This document shows, piece by piece, positions 48,551-58,479 of a DNA stretch of 64,000 bases. Source of the DNA: Candidatus Gastranaerophilales bacterium (GTDB taxonomy: Bacteria > Cyanobacteriota > Vampirovibrionia > Gastranaerophilales > Gastranaerophilaceae); the NCBI GenBank assembly GCA_910588555.1, contig CAJUPC010000007.1:316-64315 (forward strand), written 5' to 3'. The translations under genes and the position numbers were made by a program. Each line of letters starts with the position of its first letter. Positions within the stretch are counted from its first letter, which is position 1. The notes beneath the pieces are model-generated. The model saw nothing but the letters and a program-made list of their open reading frames with translations, did no database searches and was not told the origin of the DNA.

Positions 48551-49140
48551 TTATACTCGCTTTTGATACTTGTTTGGATAAAATGTATGCGGTTTTGAAA
48601 AAAGACAGTAATATTCTTGCTTCACGTGTCATTGAAAACCATGATAATAAATACCATTCCGCGTTTTTGATTTCTACGCTTCAAGAAATAATGTCAGAAA
48701 ACGGAATTAAACCGCAAGATATAGACTTGATTGCAACAAATATCGGTCCCGGAAGCTTTACCGGAATACGTGCTTGTGTAACTGTTGCAAGAGTTCTGGC
48801 GCAGCAGTTAAATTGCAAAGCCGTGGGAATTTCTTCTCTTGAAATTCTGGCAAAGTGTGCAGGAGAAAAACCTCTGGTGGCACTTGACGCAAGAAAAAAT
48901 TCCGCATATCTTTATAAAGACGGTGAGATTAAAGGCGCAATTGCACTTGATGAGATTAATACTGACGGTTATACAGTTTTAACAGATGATAAATTACAGC
49001 CGATTTTGGGCGGAACTTCTTACCAGCAAATGAACCTGCCTTTGGGTGAAATTCTTGCGGAGCTTGCAGAACAAAATAGTTACGACTCTGATTGGCGCAA
49101 ACTTAAACCGCTTTATATCCAGCCGCCTCCAATGGGATAA
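48547..49140 (+). CDS. tsaB: tRNA t6A biosynthesis protein TsaB
   Basis: ILAFDT, GPGSFTGIR, LDARK, LKPLYI. Confidence 0.95.
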   Translation: MIILAFDTCLDKMYAVLKKDSNILASRVIENHDNKYHSAFLISTLQEIMSENGIKPQDIDLIATNIGPGSFTGIRACVTVARVLAQQLNCKAVGISSLEILAKCAGEKPLVALDARKNSAYLYKDGEIKGAIALDEINTDGYTVLTDDKLQPILGGTSYQQMNLPLGEILAELAEQNSYDSDWRKLKPLYIQPPPMG

Positions 49141-49197
49141 ATTTTTACATTAGGTATGAAAAAGCAAAAAATTTTTTGTTGAAGTTTTCACTTAAAT

Positions 49198-49830
49198 ATG
49201 ACAATAGTTAACTTAACACGCAAAGTATTACCTAAAATATCAGCAATACCCCAAAAAAATATAGACTCTGTAAGATCTATGCCTGAAATGGTGCTTTCAA
49301 GAATGATTAATGATGGGGCAAAAAATATTGTTCATTGTGACATGAACCAATCTATTGCAGCAATAATTGCTCCTGACAAAATTAACACAATATACACAGA
49401 TGCATTGAACGGCTGTAATGCAGTAAATATTATTGCAAGAATGAACGATAAAAAAAGTTTTGTTTCAATAATGTCTCATTACGTTCCGACTAATACAGAC
49501 GGACAAATTTCAGCAATAGATAAACAGCTGCAAACTTATACTCCTCACATTGATAAAACGTATGTTCCAAGAATTTTTCTAAACATTAGAGGGACAGAAA
49601 GCTATGGAAAATTATGTGCTGTACCAAATCCTATTATTGAAAAACTAAAAACACTGCTTGCAAAATTCTTCCCGCAAGGAAATACAATTGAAATAACACC
49701 TTACAAAAACAGTAAACGTCCAGCATTCTTTTCATCTGCAAATATATTTCAATTTAATCCGTCAGACATAAATAAATTAAAAATTACAAATGTCGGAGAA
49801 AATGAGAGATTTATAGATTTAAATATATAA
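49198..49830 (+). CDS. Hypothetical protein, possible CheD/CNF1-like cysteine hydrolase (deamidase) fold
   Basis: IYTDALNGCNAV...SIMSHY Cys-His pattern. Confidence 0.5.
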   Translation: MTIVNLTRKVLPKISAIPQKNIDSVRSMPEMVLSRMINDGAKNIVHCDMNQSIAAIIAPDKINTIYTDALNGCNAVNIIARMNDKKSFVSIMSHYVPTNTDGQISAIDKQLQTYTPHIDKTYVPRIFLNIRGTESYGKLCAVPNPIIEKLKTLLAKFFPQGNTIEITPYKNSKRPAFFSSANIFQFNPSDINKLKITNVGENERFIDLNI

Positions 49831-49858
49831 TTTTAGGGAATAATATAAGCGGACGCTT

Positions 49859-50824
49859 ATGGAGAAAAAGATTGTAAAAACCGAAAACATTTCTTTCAAA
49901 TGCAAAGAAATTCCGCTTACCCGACGGGAATTGAAAAATTTATTTAATTTTCATATTCCATGTTTGTGCTGCGGTTTAGAAATGCTTCATCCTGATGTTT
50001 ACACAATCCTCCTTGAAAACAAAAAACTTTCAGACACAGCAATAAATGCAATTCCGTTTCTTGAACCGTTTGAAAAAATTATGCACCCTGTTGAAAGACA
50101 GGTTTTTAATATGTTTAAGAGTATGGCTGTTAAATATCCCGATAAAAATTTCCAAGAACTTCTTTTAATGAAAAAAGACATACACGAGCTTGCCTTAGTA
50201 AAAATTCAAAGTTCTATATTCAATAAAATAAGCTTTTATCGACGGATTTTACCTAAAAAGACAGCAAGAGCACTTAGAAAACTTATTATAAAAACAAATG
50301 ATATAATTTTTGACCCCGAGCCGCACAAACCGTTCAGCCGCAGGATTTTTATACATAAAATCAAAAATATATGCAAAAATGTAGAAGAGCAAAAAATAAA
50401 AGAAGAAATTATAAAAATTGCAAGAAGACTTCCACGTTCTAGCGATGAAGTTTGTGCATTTGTAGTAAAAAATGCCAGAAAACGTCCGGAAATCATTGCA
50501 TTAAACTTAATTCATCCGTCAGTCGGAACTTTTGAACACTTACAGCCTAAATGCATGAACGGACAAAATAACTCGCTCAATTTCGCACTTGAATGCACTT
50601 ACTGCAACAATTCCCGCCACCATTATCCTATGACATTGCAAATAGAAGAAAATCCGTATATGCCTGAAAACGCACAATTACAGGCAGAGAAATTGATTTC
50701 TCTTTATAAAAAAGGCTTATGCAAAAAAGAATATATTGAAAATCTTAAAGAAGAATTATACTATCATTCAGAAGGTACAATTAATATAGATATAAGTTCT
50801 ATTAGTGATGTAACAATAAATTAA
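49859..50824 (+). CDS. HNH endonuclease-like protein with a large helical insertion, paralog 1
   Basis: CLCCG ... TFEHLQPKCMNGQNNSLNFALECTYCNNSR. Confidence 0.7.
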   Translation: MEKKIVKTENISFKCKEIPLTRRELKNLFNFHIPCLCCGLEMLHPDVYTILLENKKLSDTAINAIPFLEPFEKIMHPVERQVFNMFKSMAVKYPDKNFQELLLMKKDIHELALVKIQSSIFNKISFYRRILPKKTARALRKLIIKTNDIIFDPEPHKPFSRRIFIHKIKNICKNVEEQKIKEEIIKIARRLPRSSDEVCAFVVKNARKRPEIIALNLIHPSVGTFEHLQPKCMNGQNNSLNFALECTYCNNSRHHYPMTLQIEENPYMPENAQLQAEKLISLYKKGLCKKEYIENLKEELYYHSEGTINIDISSISDVTIN

Positions 50825-50864
50825 CAAACGCGCAAAAATTTTTTATCAGTTGCCTTAATTTTAT

Positions 50865-51938
50865 ATGCGCATAACACCTGTGATAAGTAATTTATTTTTA
50901 GCAAGGAAAGAGTTTAAGAATAATCATTCTGATTATTCTCAGTACAGGTATCCTGTACTGAATCAAGATACTGTATCTTTTAGCGCAAAAGCACCCAAAA
51001 TATATGCATCTAATAGCAGAAATGCAGTAACATCTCTTGCAGGTTATGGAGTTACCTGTGTCTGCTGCGGTAAAAAAATGATTGATCCTTCTGTTGTATC
51101 CAGAATGGATGCTGATGGACTTTTTAAAGGACCAAGTAAAAATATTTTAGAAGTTTTAAAACAATTTGAAAACTATATGAAACCGCTTGAAAAACAAGTT
51201 TTCCAGCTCTTATTAACACTTCAAGAGCAATACCCTGAAAAAAACTTAGCAAAACTTTTAGAAACAAAAAAACATGATCTTGAAGCAAAATTGATAGATA
51301 AACAAAGCAAGGTATTTGGCAAAATATACGAATATTGTCGCAAAAGAGTTTCCGAAGAAAAAATGGAAGAACTGCATACAATTATCCAAGACTCCTACGA
51401 TGAAATGTTTGGAAGAAAACCGAAAGTAACATTCAGTCGTAAAAAATTTATCGGATTAATATATAAATTTACAAGAAATATAGAGCCAAAACATCAGAAA
51501 AAACTTTTAGATATGGCTGAAAAACTACCGTCATCACAAGATATGTTTGAAGCTTTTATTATCAAATATTCACGAAAAAACAACAGAGAAATAGCACACA
51601 GATTAATTGAACGCTCTATTGCTACAATAGAACACATAAAACCCAGAGCCGAAGGCGGTGCAGACAGTATTTATAACTACGCCGCAGAATGTGCAGAAGA
51701 TAACTGGGCAAGAGGCTGCCGTCCAATGATTGAACAAATTCAAAAACACCCTGATATGCCGGTAAATGCTCAAAAACATATAGACCAAATAATAAGTCTT
51801 GTAAATAACGGTAACGCCGGAGTGGACGCTAAATATGTACAAGAACTTAAAGGTGCATTATATAGAGCAAGCGGCGGAGTAATTGACCTTGATATAAGCA
51901 AACTTAAAACAAATTTACCTCCAAAAGATATACATTAA
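50865..51938 (+). CDS. HNH endonuclease-like protein with a large helical insertion, paralog 2
   Basis: CVCCG ... TIEHIKPRAEGGADSIYNYAAECAEDNWARG; MRITPV leader. Confidence 0.7.
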   Translation: MRITPVISNLFLARKEFKNNHSDYSQYRYPVLNQDTVSFSAKAPKIYASNSRNAVTSLAGYGVTCVCCGKKMIDPSVVSRMDADGLFKGPSKNILEVLKQFENYMKPLEKQVFQLLLTLQEQYPEKNLAKLLETKKHDLEAKLIDKQSKVFGKIYEYCRKRVSEEKMEELHTIIQDSYDEMFGRKPKVTFSRKKFIGLIYKFTRNIEPKHQKKLLDMAEKLPSSQDMFEAFIIKYSRKNNREIAHRLIERSIATIEHIKPRAEGGADSIYNYAAECAEDNWARGCRPMIEQIQKHPDMPVNAQKHIDQIISLVNNGNAGVDAKYVQELKGALYRASGGVIDLDISKLKTNLPPKDIH

Positions 51939-51942
51939 CATT

Positions 51943-51993
51943 TGTAAAAATTAATAACAAATCATTGAATTTTTAAAGAAATTCTGCCGATAC
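51943..51993 (+). promoter_or_regulatory. Sigma28-like promoter with upstream TGTAAA box
   Basis: TGTAAA-N17-TGAA-N16-GCCGATAC. Confidence 0.5.
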
Positions 51994-52025
51994 CTTAAAC
52001 GTACTTAGTTAAAAAAGGAAAAACA

Positions 52026-52322
52026 ATGGCAGATACAGGAGCATCATTTAACAGACCATATAAACCGTTCGGGATGAACGTAAAAGTTCCTGATATAGGA
52101 GAAAGAACCCTAAAACAAGCAGGCGACACGCTTGGAAACATCGTAAAATCTCCAACCGAACCTCTATTTAAGTTTTTGGAAGAAAACGAAGAAGTATTCA
52201 GCGGTGACCTTACATATAAAATTAACAAAATGTACGCAGAAAGCTTCACTATCGGTTCTGCAATGCGTATGGAAGATGAAAAACTGAACGGAATGCCTTC
52301 TTCTTTCGACATGCATTTTTAA
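52026..52322 (+). CDS. Small hypothetical protein
   Basis: 98 aa, RBS AAAGGA. Confidence 0.75.
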   Translation: MADTGASFNRPYKPFGMNVKVPDIGERTLKQAGDTLGNIVKSPTEPLFKFLEENEEVFSGDLTYKINKMYAESFTIGSAMRMEDEKLNGMPSSFDMHF

Positions 52323-52460
52323 CAAGCCGAGCAGAGGCACGAACGATAGTGAGAGACGAACAAGCGTCAACGGAAACGTTGAGTTTTCGTTACACTTGTG
52401 AGCGGTGCCGTTTAACGCGAGGCGCAGCATAACAATTCTTCTTTGTCTATACATACGATA

Positions 52461-52484
52461 GAAAGCCCCCTAAAGGGGCTTTTT
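52461..52484 (+). terminator. Intrinsic terminator
   Basis: AAAGCCCC-CTAAA-GGGGCTTTT. Confidence 0.85.
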
Positions 52485-52543
52485 ATTTTGTTAAAAGGAG
52501 TTAAAATCTTGCCCTTACAGTATTCTTGTTTTATGCTGTAAAT

Positions 52544-54196
52544 ATGATTAAGCAAATAAGGATAAAAGATTATATATTAATTGACGAACTGACTGCAAAT
52601 TTTCATTCGGGATTGAATGTAATTACGGGTGAAACAGGCGCAGGTAAAAGTATTCTTATAAATGCGGCAGAAATTGCATTTTCACCGCGCGTTTCAAAAG
52701 ATGTTATCAAACACGGCAAAGATAAGGCTGTAATTGAACTTGTTATCGAAAATTCGAAACATAATCTTTCCGCAATTTTTGAAGAAAACGGCGTTGATAA
52801 TTTCGGAAATGAAATTGTAATCACTAAAGAAATCAGCCCGAATGCAGTTCGTTCAAGAGTAAACGGAACTCTTGTCAATCAAGATTTTATAAAACAGTTA
52901 AAAACTTATTTCCTTGATATTCATTCACAACACCAAACTTATACATTCATGCAGCCAAAATATCACATAAACCTGCTTGATACTTATGCAAAAGACTTAT
53001 ACGGTCAAAAGCTGCAAGATTACAAAGAGAAATTTAAAGAATATCAACAGATGCAAAATCAACTTGAAGCACTTAAAAATGCGTCTGATATGACTGAAAA
53101 TCAAATTGAATTTTTAAAATTCCAAATAAATGAAATTGATGAGGCAAACATAATTTCAGCAACAGAAGATGAAGAACTGGATAAAGAGTTAGAAGTACTT
53201 GAAAATGCAGAAAAGCTGAAAGAATTGACAGGAACTTCATACTGGGCTATAAACGGTGATGACGGCTCAATTATGGAAGCGCTCGGTAAAATTAAACAAA
53301 ACATTTCTAAAGCTTCAAGCCTTGACGATAATCTGGAAGAACTAGAACAAAATCTGATAGACGCAATTGAAAATTTGCGTGAAGTCGGAAGCAGTTTGCG
53401 GGATTACAGTCAAAATCTTGACAATGATACTGAAAGATTAAACCAAATTCAAGAAAGACAATATCTTCTTGAAAGATTAAAACGAAAATACGGCGGTTCA
53501 CTTCAATCGGTTATGGAAACATTTGAAAACTTATCAAAAGAGCTTAATGCAATCGAATTTTCGACTCAAAATATCGAAGAACTTGAAGAAAACATCGCTC
53601 AAACGCGCAAAAAACTTGAAAGTACCGCAAAAGAAATAAGTGAAAACAGAAAAAATTACGCACATGTGCTTTCAGCATTAGTTCAAGAAAAATTGGAAAA
53701 ACTGGAACTTCCGAAAGCAAGATTTGAAATATCTGTTACTGACAAAGAATTAAGTTCTGATGGATGTGACAATATTGAATTTCTTATCTCAACAAATGTT
53801 TCGGAAGACTTAAAACCGCTTGCTAAAGTAGCGTCAGGCGGTGAAATATCACGTGTAATGCTTGCAATAAAATCAATCTTCGCGCAAAGTGATGATATTA
53901 ATACGGTAATATTTGATGAAATTGATACGGGAATTTCAGGGAAAGCCTCACAATCTGTTGCTGATGAAATTGTAGAACTTTCCAAATATCATCAAATAAT
54001 CTTGATTACACATCAGGCTATCATTGCGTCAAAAGCAGCCAAACACTTCTACGTAAGAAAATCACAAAACGATGAAACTAAAGTAGATGTATATGTCTTG
54101 ACAGGTGAAAACCGTATAAAAGCTCTTGCAGAACTTGCTGGCGGAGAAATAAACGAACAATCAATAGAATTTGCAAAATCATTGATTGAGGCATAA
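52544..54196 (+). CDS. recN: DNA repair protein RecN
   Basis: ITGETGAGKS, IHSQH, ASGGEISR, IFDEIDTGISG. Confidence 0.97.
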   Translation: MIKQIRIKDYILIDELTANFHSGLNVITGETGAGKSILINAAEIAFSPRVSKDVIKHGKDKAVIELVIENSKHNLSAIFEENGVDNFGNEIVITKEISPNAVRSRVNGTLVNQDFIKQLKTYFLDIHSQHQTYTFMQPKYHINLLDTYAKDLYGQKLQDYKEKFKEYQQMQNQLEALKNASDMTENQIEFLKFQINEIDEANIISATEDEELDKELEVLENAEKLKELTGTSYWAINGDDGSIMEALGKIKQNISKASSLDDNLEELEQNLIDAIENLREVGSSLRDYSQNLDNDTERLNQIQERQYLLERLKRKYGGSLQSVMETFENLSKELNAIEFSTQNIEELEENIAQTRKKLESTAKEISENRKNYAHVLSALVQEKLEKLELPKARFEISVTDKELSSDGCDNIEFLISTNVSEDLKPLAKVASGGEISRVMLAIKSIFAQSDDINTVIFDEIDTGISGKASQSVADEIVELSKYHQIILITHQAIIASKAAKHFYVRKSQNDETKVDVYVLTGENRIKALAELAGGEINEQSIEFAKSLIEA

Positions 54197-54220
54197 ACGA
54201 TTATTGATAAATAATAATTA

Positions 54221-56209
54221 TCAACTTTTTGCCATTTCGCGCAATTTTTTCAACTTGTCGCGAATTTCTGCAGCGCGTTCAAAATCAAGTATTTTTGCGG
54301 CTTTGTGCATATCTTTTTCAAGCTGGTCAATAAGTTTCGGCAAATCTTTTTTGCTGATATTGTGTTCAACCATTTCTTCCGCAACAATATCTTCCAAATC
54401 TCTGTAACTGGCTACAAGAGAAAGAAGATTATTTTCAATAGGCTTTTTAATTGTTTGAGGAATAATGCCATATTTTGTATTGAAATCCATCTGAATTTTG
54501 CGTCGTCGTTCTGTTTCTGATATAGCTTTTTCCATTGACTCTGTCATTCTGTCTGCATACATAATAACTTCACCGCAAGCATTACGAGCTGCACGCCCTA
54601 TTGTCTGTATCAAACTTGTTTCTGAACGCAAAAATCCTTCTTTATCTGCATCCATAATAGCAACGAGCGAAACTTCGGGGATATCAAGTCCCTCTCTTAA
54701 AAGGTTTACACCTATCAAAACATCAAATTCACCGAGACGCAAATCTCTCAGAATTTCAACACGTTCAAGCGATTGAATTTCACTATGCAAATATCGAACT
54801 TTAATTCCTTCCTGTATAAAGAAATCGGTCAAATCTTCCGCCATTTTCTTTGTAAGAGTAGTAATCAAAACTCTTTCATTTTTATCTGTGCGCTTTTGAA
54901 TTTCAGTTTTCAAATCCTGAATTTGCGATTCAATAGGACGTACAGAAATTTTCGGGTCAACCAGGCCTGTCGGACGAATAATTTGTTCCACTAAACGAGA
55001 TGAAGTTGAGCGTTCAAAATCTGAAGGGGTTGCTGAAATATAAATTTTTTGATGAACCTTTTTAAAAAACTCTTCATTTTTCAACGGTCTGTTATCTCTT
55101 GCACACGGCAATCTGAACCCGTAATCAATCAAAGTTGTTTTTCTTGAGGAATCACCATGGAACATACCTTTTAACTGAGGCAGAGTAACATGAGACTCGT
55201 CAATTACAGTTAAAAAATCACCTTGAAAATAGTCTAACAAAGTTGCGGGAGCAGAGCCCGGCGGACGACGTTCGATAATTCTTGAATAATTTTCAATTCC
55301 CGAACAATATCCCATTTCTTTAATCATTTCAATATCATATTTAACGCGCTGTTCAAGCCTTTGAGCCTCTACAAGTTTATTCTCGTTATTAAGTTCTGCC
55401 AATCTTTGCTGTAATTCCTGTTTAATCAAAGAAATAGTTTCATCAACATTTTCATCGTAAGAAAGATAGTGAACAGCAGGATAAATAACAACTTTTTCGG
55501 GAGTTTCAAGAACTTCGCCCGTTACATTGTCAATCCTCACAATTTTTTCTATCTCATCACCAAAGAAATAAATTCTTGTAATAATTTTTTCATAAGCAGG
55601 CATGATTTCGACAATATCGCCTCTCGCTCTGAATGTTGAGCGTTCAAGAACCAAATCGTTTCTTGTATACTGAACACTGACAAGATGTTTTAAAAGGTCA
55701 TCGCGTGCAATTTCATCACCTACGTTAAGCTCAACAGAACCCCTGAAATAATTTTCAGGCAAACCTAAACCGTAAATACAACTGACAGAAGCAACGATAA
55801 TAACGTCGTTTCTTTCATACAAACATCTTGTTGCATTGTGCCGAAGTCTGTCAATTTCTTCATTAATTGAGGCTGTTTTTTCAATAAATGTATCAGTTCT
55901 GGGAATATATGCCTCTGGCTGATAATAGTCGTAATAGCTTATGAAATATTCAACAGCATTATTCGGAAAGAGTTCTTTAAATTCATTATACAATTGAGCC
56001 GCAAGAGTCTTGTTGTGAGCAATAATCAGGGTTGGTTTTTGAACTTTCTCAATAACATTTGCAATTGTAAAAGTTTTTCCCGAACCTGTAATTCCGAGAA
56101 GAGTTTGAGAATCTTCTCCGTTATTAATTCCCTCAACCAGTTCTTCAATTGCTTTGGGCTGGTCGCCTGCGGGTTTATATTTAGAAGATATTTCAAATTT
56201 TCTTTCCAT
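54221..56209 (-). CDS. uvrB: Excinuclease ABC subunit B
   Basis: [31 protein letters not shown] motif, UVR C-terminus. Confidence 0.99.
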   Translation of the reverse strand: MERKFEISSKYKPAGDQPKAIEELVEGINNGEDSQTLLGITGSGKTFTIANVIEKVQKPTLIIAHNKTLAAQLYNEFKELFPNNAVEYFISYYDYYQPEAYIPRTDTFIEKTASINEEIDRLRHNATRCLYERNDVIIVASVSCIYGLGLPENYFRGSVELNVGDEIARDDLLKHLVSVQYTRNDLVLERSTFRARGDIVEIMPAYEKIITRIYFFGDEIEKIVRIDNVTGEVLETPEKVVIYPAVHYLSYDENVDETISLIKQELQQRLAELNNENKLVEAQRLEQRVKYDIEMIKEMGYCSGIENYSRIIERRPPGSAPATLLDYFQGDFLTVIDESHVTLPQLKGMFHGDSSRKTTLIDYGFRLPCARDNRPLKNEEFFKKVHQKIYISATPSDFERSTSSRLVEQIIRPTGLVDPKISVRPIESQIQDLKTEIQKRTDKNERVLITTLTKKMAEDLTDFFIQEGIKVRYLHSEIQSLERVEILRDLRLGEFDVLIGVNLLREGLDIPEVSLVAIMDADKEGFLRSETSLIQTIGRAARNACGEVIMYADRMTESMEKAISETERRRKIQMDFNTKYGIIPQTIKKPIENNLLSLVASYRDLEDIVAEEMVEHNISKKDLPKLIDQLEKDMHKAAKILDFERAAEIRDKLKKLREMAKS

Positions 56210-56272
56210 AATTAAATTATACACCAAAACAGATAGCAAAAAAAATATTTACATGTTTATATATAAATAGTC

Positions 56273-57268
56273 ATGACTACTATTAATCCTGTAACCGAAC
56301 AGTCTAAACCATACAAAGACCCGTTGAACAAAACGGGAATTATGCTTATGTCATATTCAAACGAAGCAGGCACGGCAATTTCAGAAATTGCACCGAAACT
56401 CGGGGCAGCACTATGGGCACCTGCGTTTATGTATTTAGGCGCTGATATTTATGACAAATACAAAAACGACAAGGATAATTACAACCCGAGCGCAAGAAGA
56501 GCATTCAAAGAAGCTGTATATCAGGGAGTAACTAATATTCTCGCCCTTCCTTTAGTAATTTATGCAGGTCAATGTGCGGTTTCTCCTCTGGGAAGAATGG
56601 ATAAATCAGGAATTAGCGGAAACGCTAAAGATGAAATATACAAACATACAAGAGATGTAATTGAGCAAGTGCACGGCAATACTCTTGCTGATTTTGATAC
56701 ATTTAAAAACACAATCATTTCAAGCTTAGAAAACAAAATTACGTCACGAAACAACGAAAAAAATACAATAAATATATTCAAAAAATTATATAACACCTTT
56801 TTTACAAAACGATACGTACTATCCGCTTGTGATAAAGAAAAAATTATAAAATTTGCAGAAGAAAATGCACAAAAAACCTATGAAATCTTCACTGCACTCA
56901 AAAACAACGAGATTGAAAAAATCCCTAAAAATGTTTATAAAAAATATCATCAAGTTTTACCTGCAATGAAAGAAATGTTTAAGGACGGAGATTTTGCATA
57001 TCAAGCTTCAAGAACAGCTTTAAAAGGACATCAAACATCATTGATATTTAAAAACAAACTCGTAAAAACCGTTTCAGGTCTTGTGACACTTGTACTTCTG
57101 GCAAAACCCGTAAACAAATTTGTAGACAAATATATTATGAAAAAATACATTGAGCCGAAAATAGACAAACTACCTTCAATTTCCATAAACGAGTCTAAAA
57201 TTAAGAATATATTTAACGAAATGAGTAATACTAAACTAGCTGCTTCTGCTTCAAAAAGTGCTGGCTAA
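56273..57268 (+). CDS. Membrane protein resembling the eukaryotic MTP18/MTFP1 family
   Basis: SYSNEAG..., YLGADIYDK, VYQGVTNILALP, C-terminal GLVTLVLLAKPVNKFVD. Confidence 0.55.
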   Translation: MTTINPVTEQSKPYKDPLNKTGIMLMSYSNEAGTAISEIAPKLGAALWAPAFMYLGADIYDKYKNDKDNYNPSARRAFKEAVYQGVTNILALPLVIYAGQCAVSPLGRMDKSGISGNAKDEIYKHTRDVIEQVHGNTLADFDTFKNTIISSLENKITSRNNEKNTINIFKKLYNTFFTKRYVLSACDKEKIIKFAEENAQKTYEIFTALKNNEIEKIPKNVYKKYHQVLPAMKEMFKDGDFAYQASRTALKGHQTSLIFKNKLVKTVSGLVTLVLLAKPVNKFVDKYIMKKYIEPKIDKLPSISINESKIKNIFNEMSNTKLAASASKSAG

Positions 57269-57270
57269 CT

Positions 57271-58479
57271 TCAAAATACATAATCATTATCTTTAAAACG
57301 AGCAATGAATTTAACTGATTGAGCAGCAGTTCTTGCAGGCGTAAGTTCTGCTATAGCAGTAACCCTCAAACCGTCAGCAGTCTTGTTTATTTGAACAATA
57401 TAATCATAATTTCTTAAAACTTTAATTTTCGCATTCTTTTCAGGCAGACTTTCCGCTTTGATAAATTCAGATGTAAGTTTTAACATTGCGGCTTCGATTG
57501 AAGAAGCTCTCAAAGTAGTAATATTCCCGCAATATTCTGAAATTTCCGATACAGGTTCGTTAAAATCCGCCGCAATAAATTCAGGTGACAATTTCAAAAC
57601 ATCAGATACTAAATTCAAATAATTTTCTGATTTCTTGTTTATTATATATCGCGAGACAAAGTCGCTTTTAAAGTTTATTTGAGAATTGTCTTCAAGAAGA
57701 ACTATTCTATCATGTTTTAGCGATGAGTTTAAAAGCACATCAAGAAAAACAGTTTTTCCTGCGTTGATATCACCTGATATAACAATATTCTTTTTAGATT
57801 TTATTGCAGAAACAATAAATTCAAAAATTTCTTTAGTTACAACACCGCTTTTGATAAATTTTTCATAATCATAAGCAGCACTTTTTCTTATAAAAATATT
57901 TACACCGTCAGGCGAAATTTCAGACTTAATTACAGTCACATGCAAATCTTTAATTTTCAAATTTACAATCGCGCTGTCAGAGTTAGTTTTATGCAAAATA
58001 CTGTTTAATATAAATTGCAGTTCTTTATCAGAAAGTTTAATTTCAGTATTCAAAATCCTGCCTGATATTTCAATATGTACACTTTTTGTGCCGTTCACAA
58101 ATACCGCAGTGACATTCTCCTGTGCTATAAGATGATTTAATGAACCAAATCCGCATATTTCAAAATAAAGTTTTTCAGCAAGTTCATCAATATCGCACTC
58201 GATTGCTTTTTTTGACAAAAAACTTTTAATCAAATCTTTTTGTTCTGTCGATGTATAATCAAACCAAACAGGAACAGAATATATTTTCTCAAAAAGTTCT
58301 TTTTTAATATCGTTTGAAATATCCTGCTTTTGCTCTATAATTTTTGGCTGTACCTCAGGTATTTCAACGGAAACTTCCTTTTTAAGTTTTAATTTCGAAG
58401 GTTCATTTTTTATTTCATCAACTTGTTTTTCAGTTTCTTTTTTTATAAATCTGGCACTGAGTTTACTTTTTTCAATCAA
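57271..58479 (-). CDS. Degenerate CpaF/TadA-family secretion ATPase
   Basis: GFGSLNHLI..VTAVFVNG, NIVISGDINAGKT, LLED. The Walker B GE and His box are absent. Confidence 0.75.
   Translation of the reverse strand: MIEKSKLSARFIKKETEKQVDEIKNEPSKLKLKKEVSVEIPEVQPKIIEQKQDISNDIKKELFEKIYSVPVWFDYTSTEQKDLIKSFLSKKAIECDIDELAEKLYFEICGFGSLNHLIAQENVTAVFVNGTKSVHIEISGRILNTEIKLSDKELQFILNSILHKTNSDSAIVNLKIKDLHVTVIKSEISPDGVNIFIRKSAAYDYEKFIKSGVVTKEIFEFIVSAIKSKKNIVISGDINAGKTVFLDVLLNSSLKHDRIVLLEDNSQINFKSDFVSRYIINKKSENYLNLVSDVLKLSPEFIAADFNEPVSEISEYCGNITTLRASSIEAAMLKLTSEFIKAESLPEKNAKIKVLRNYDYIVQINKTADGLRVTAIAELTPARTAAQSVKFIARFKDNDYVF

Noticed and set aside
52336..52409. Hammerhead ribozyme
   Set aside because: GAAA and stems are present, but the CTGANGA core is absent.
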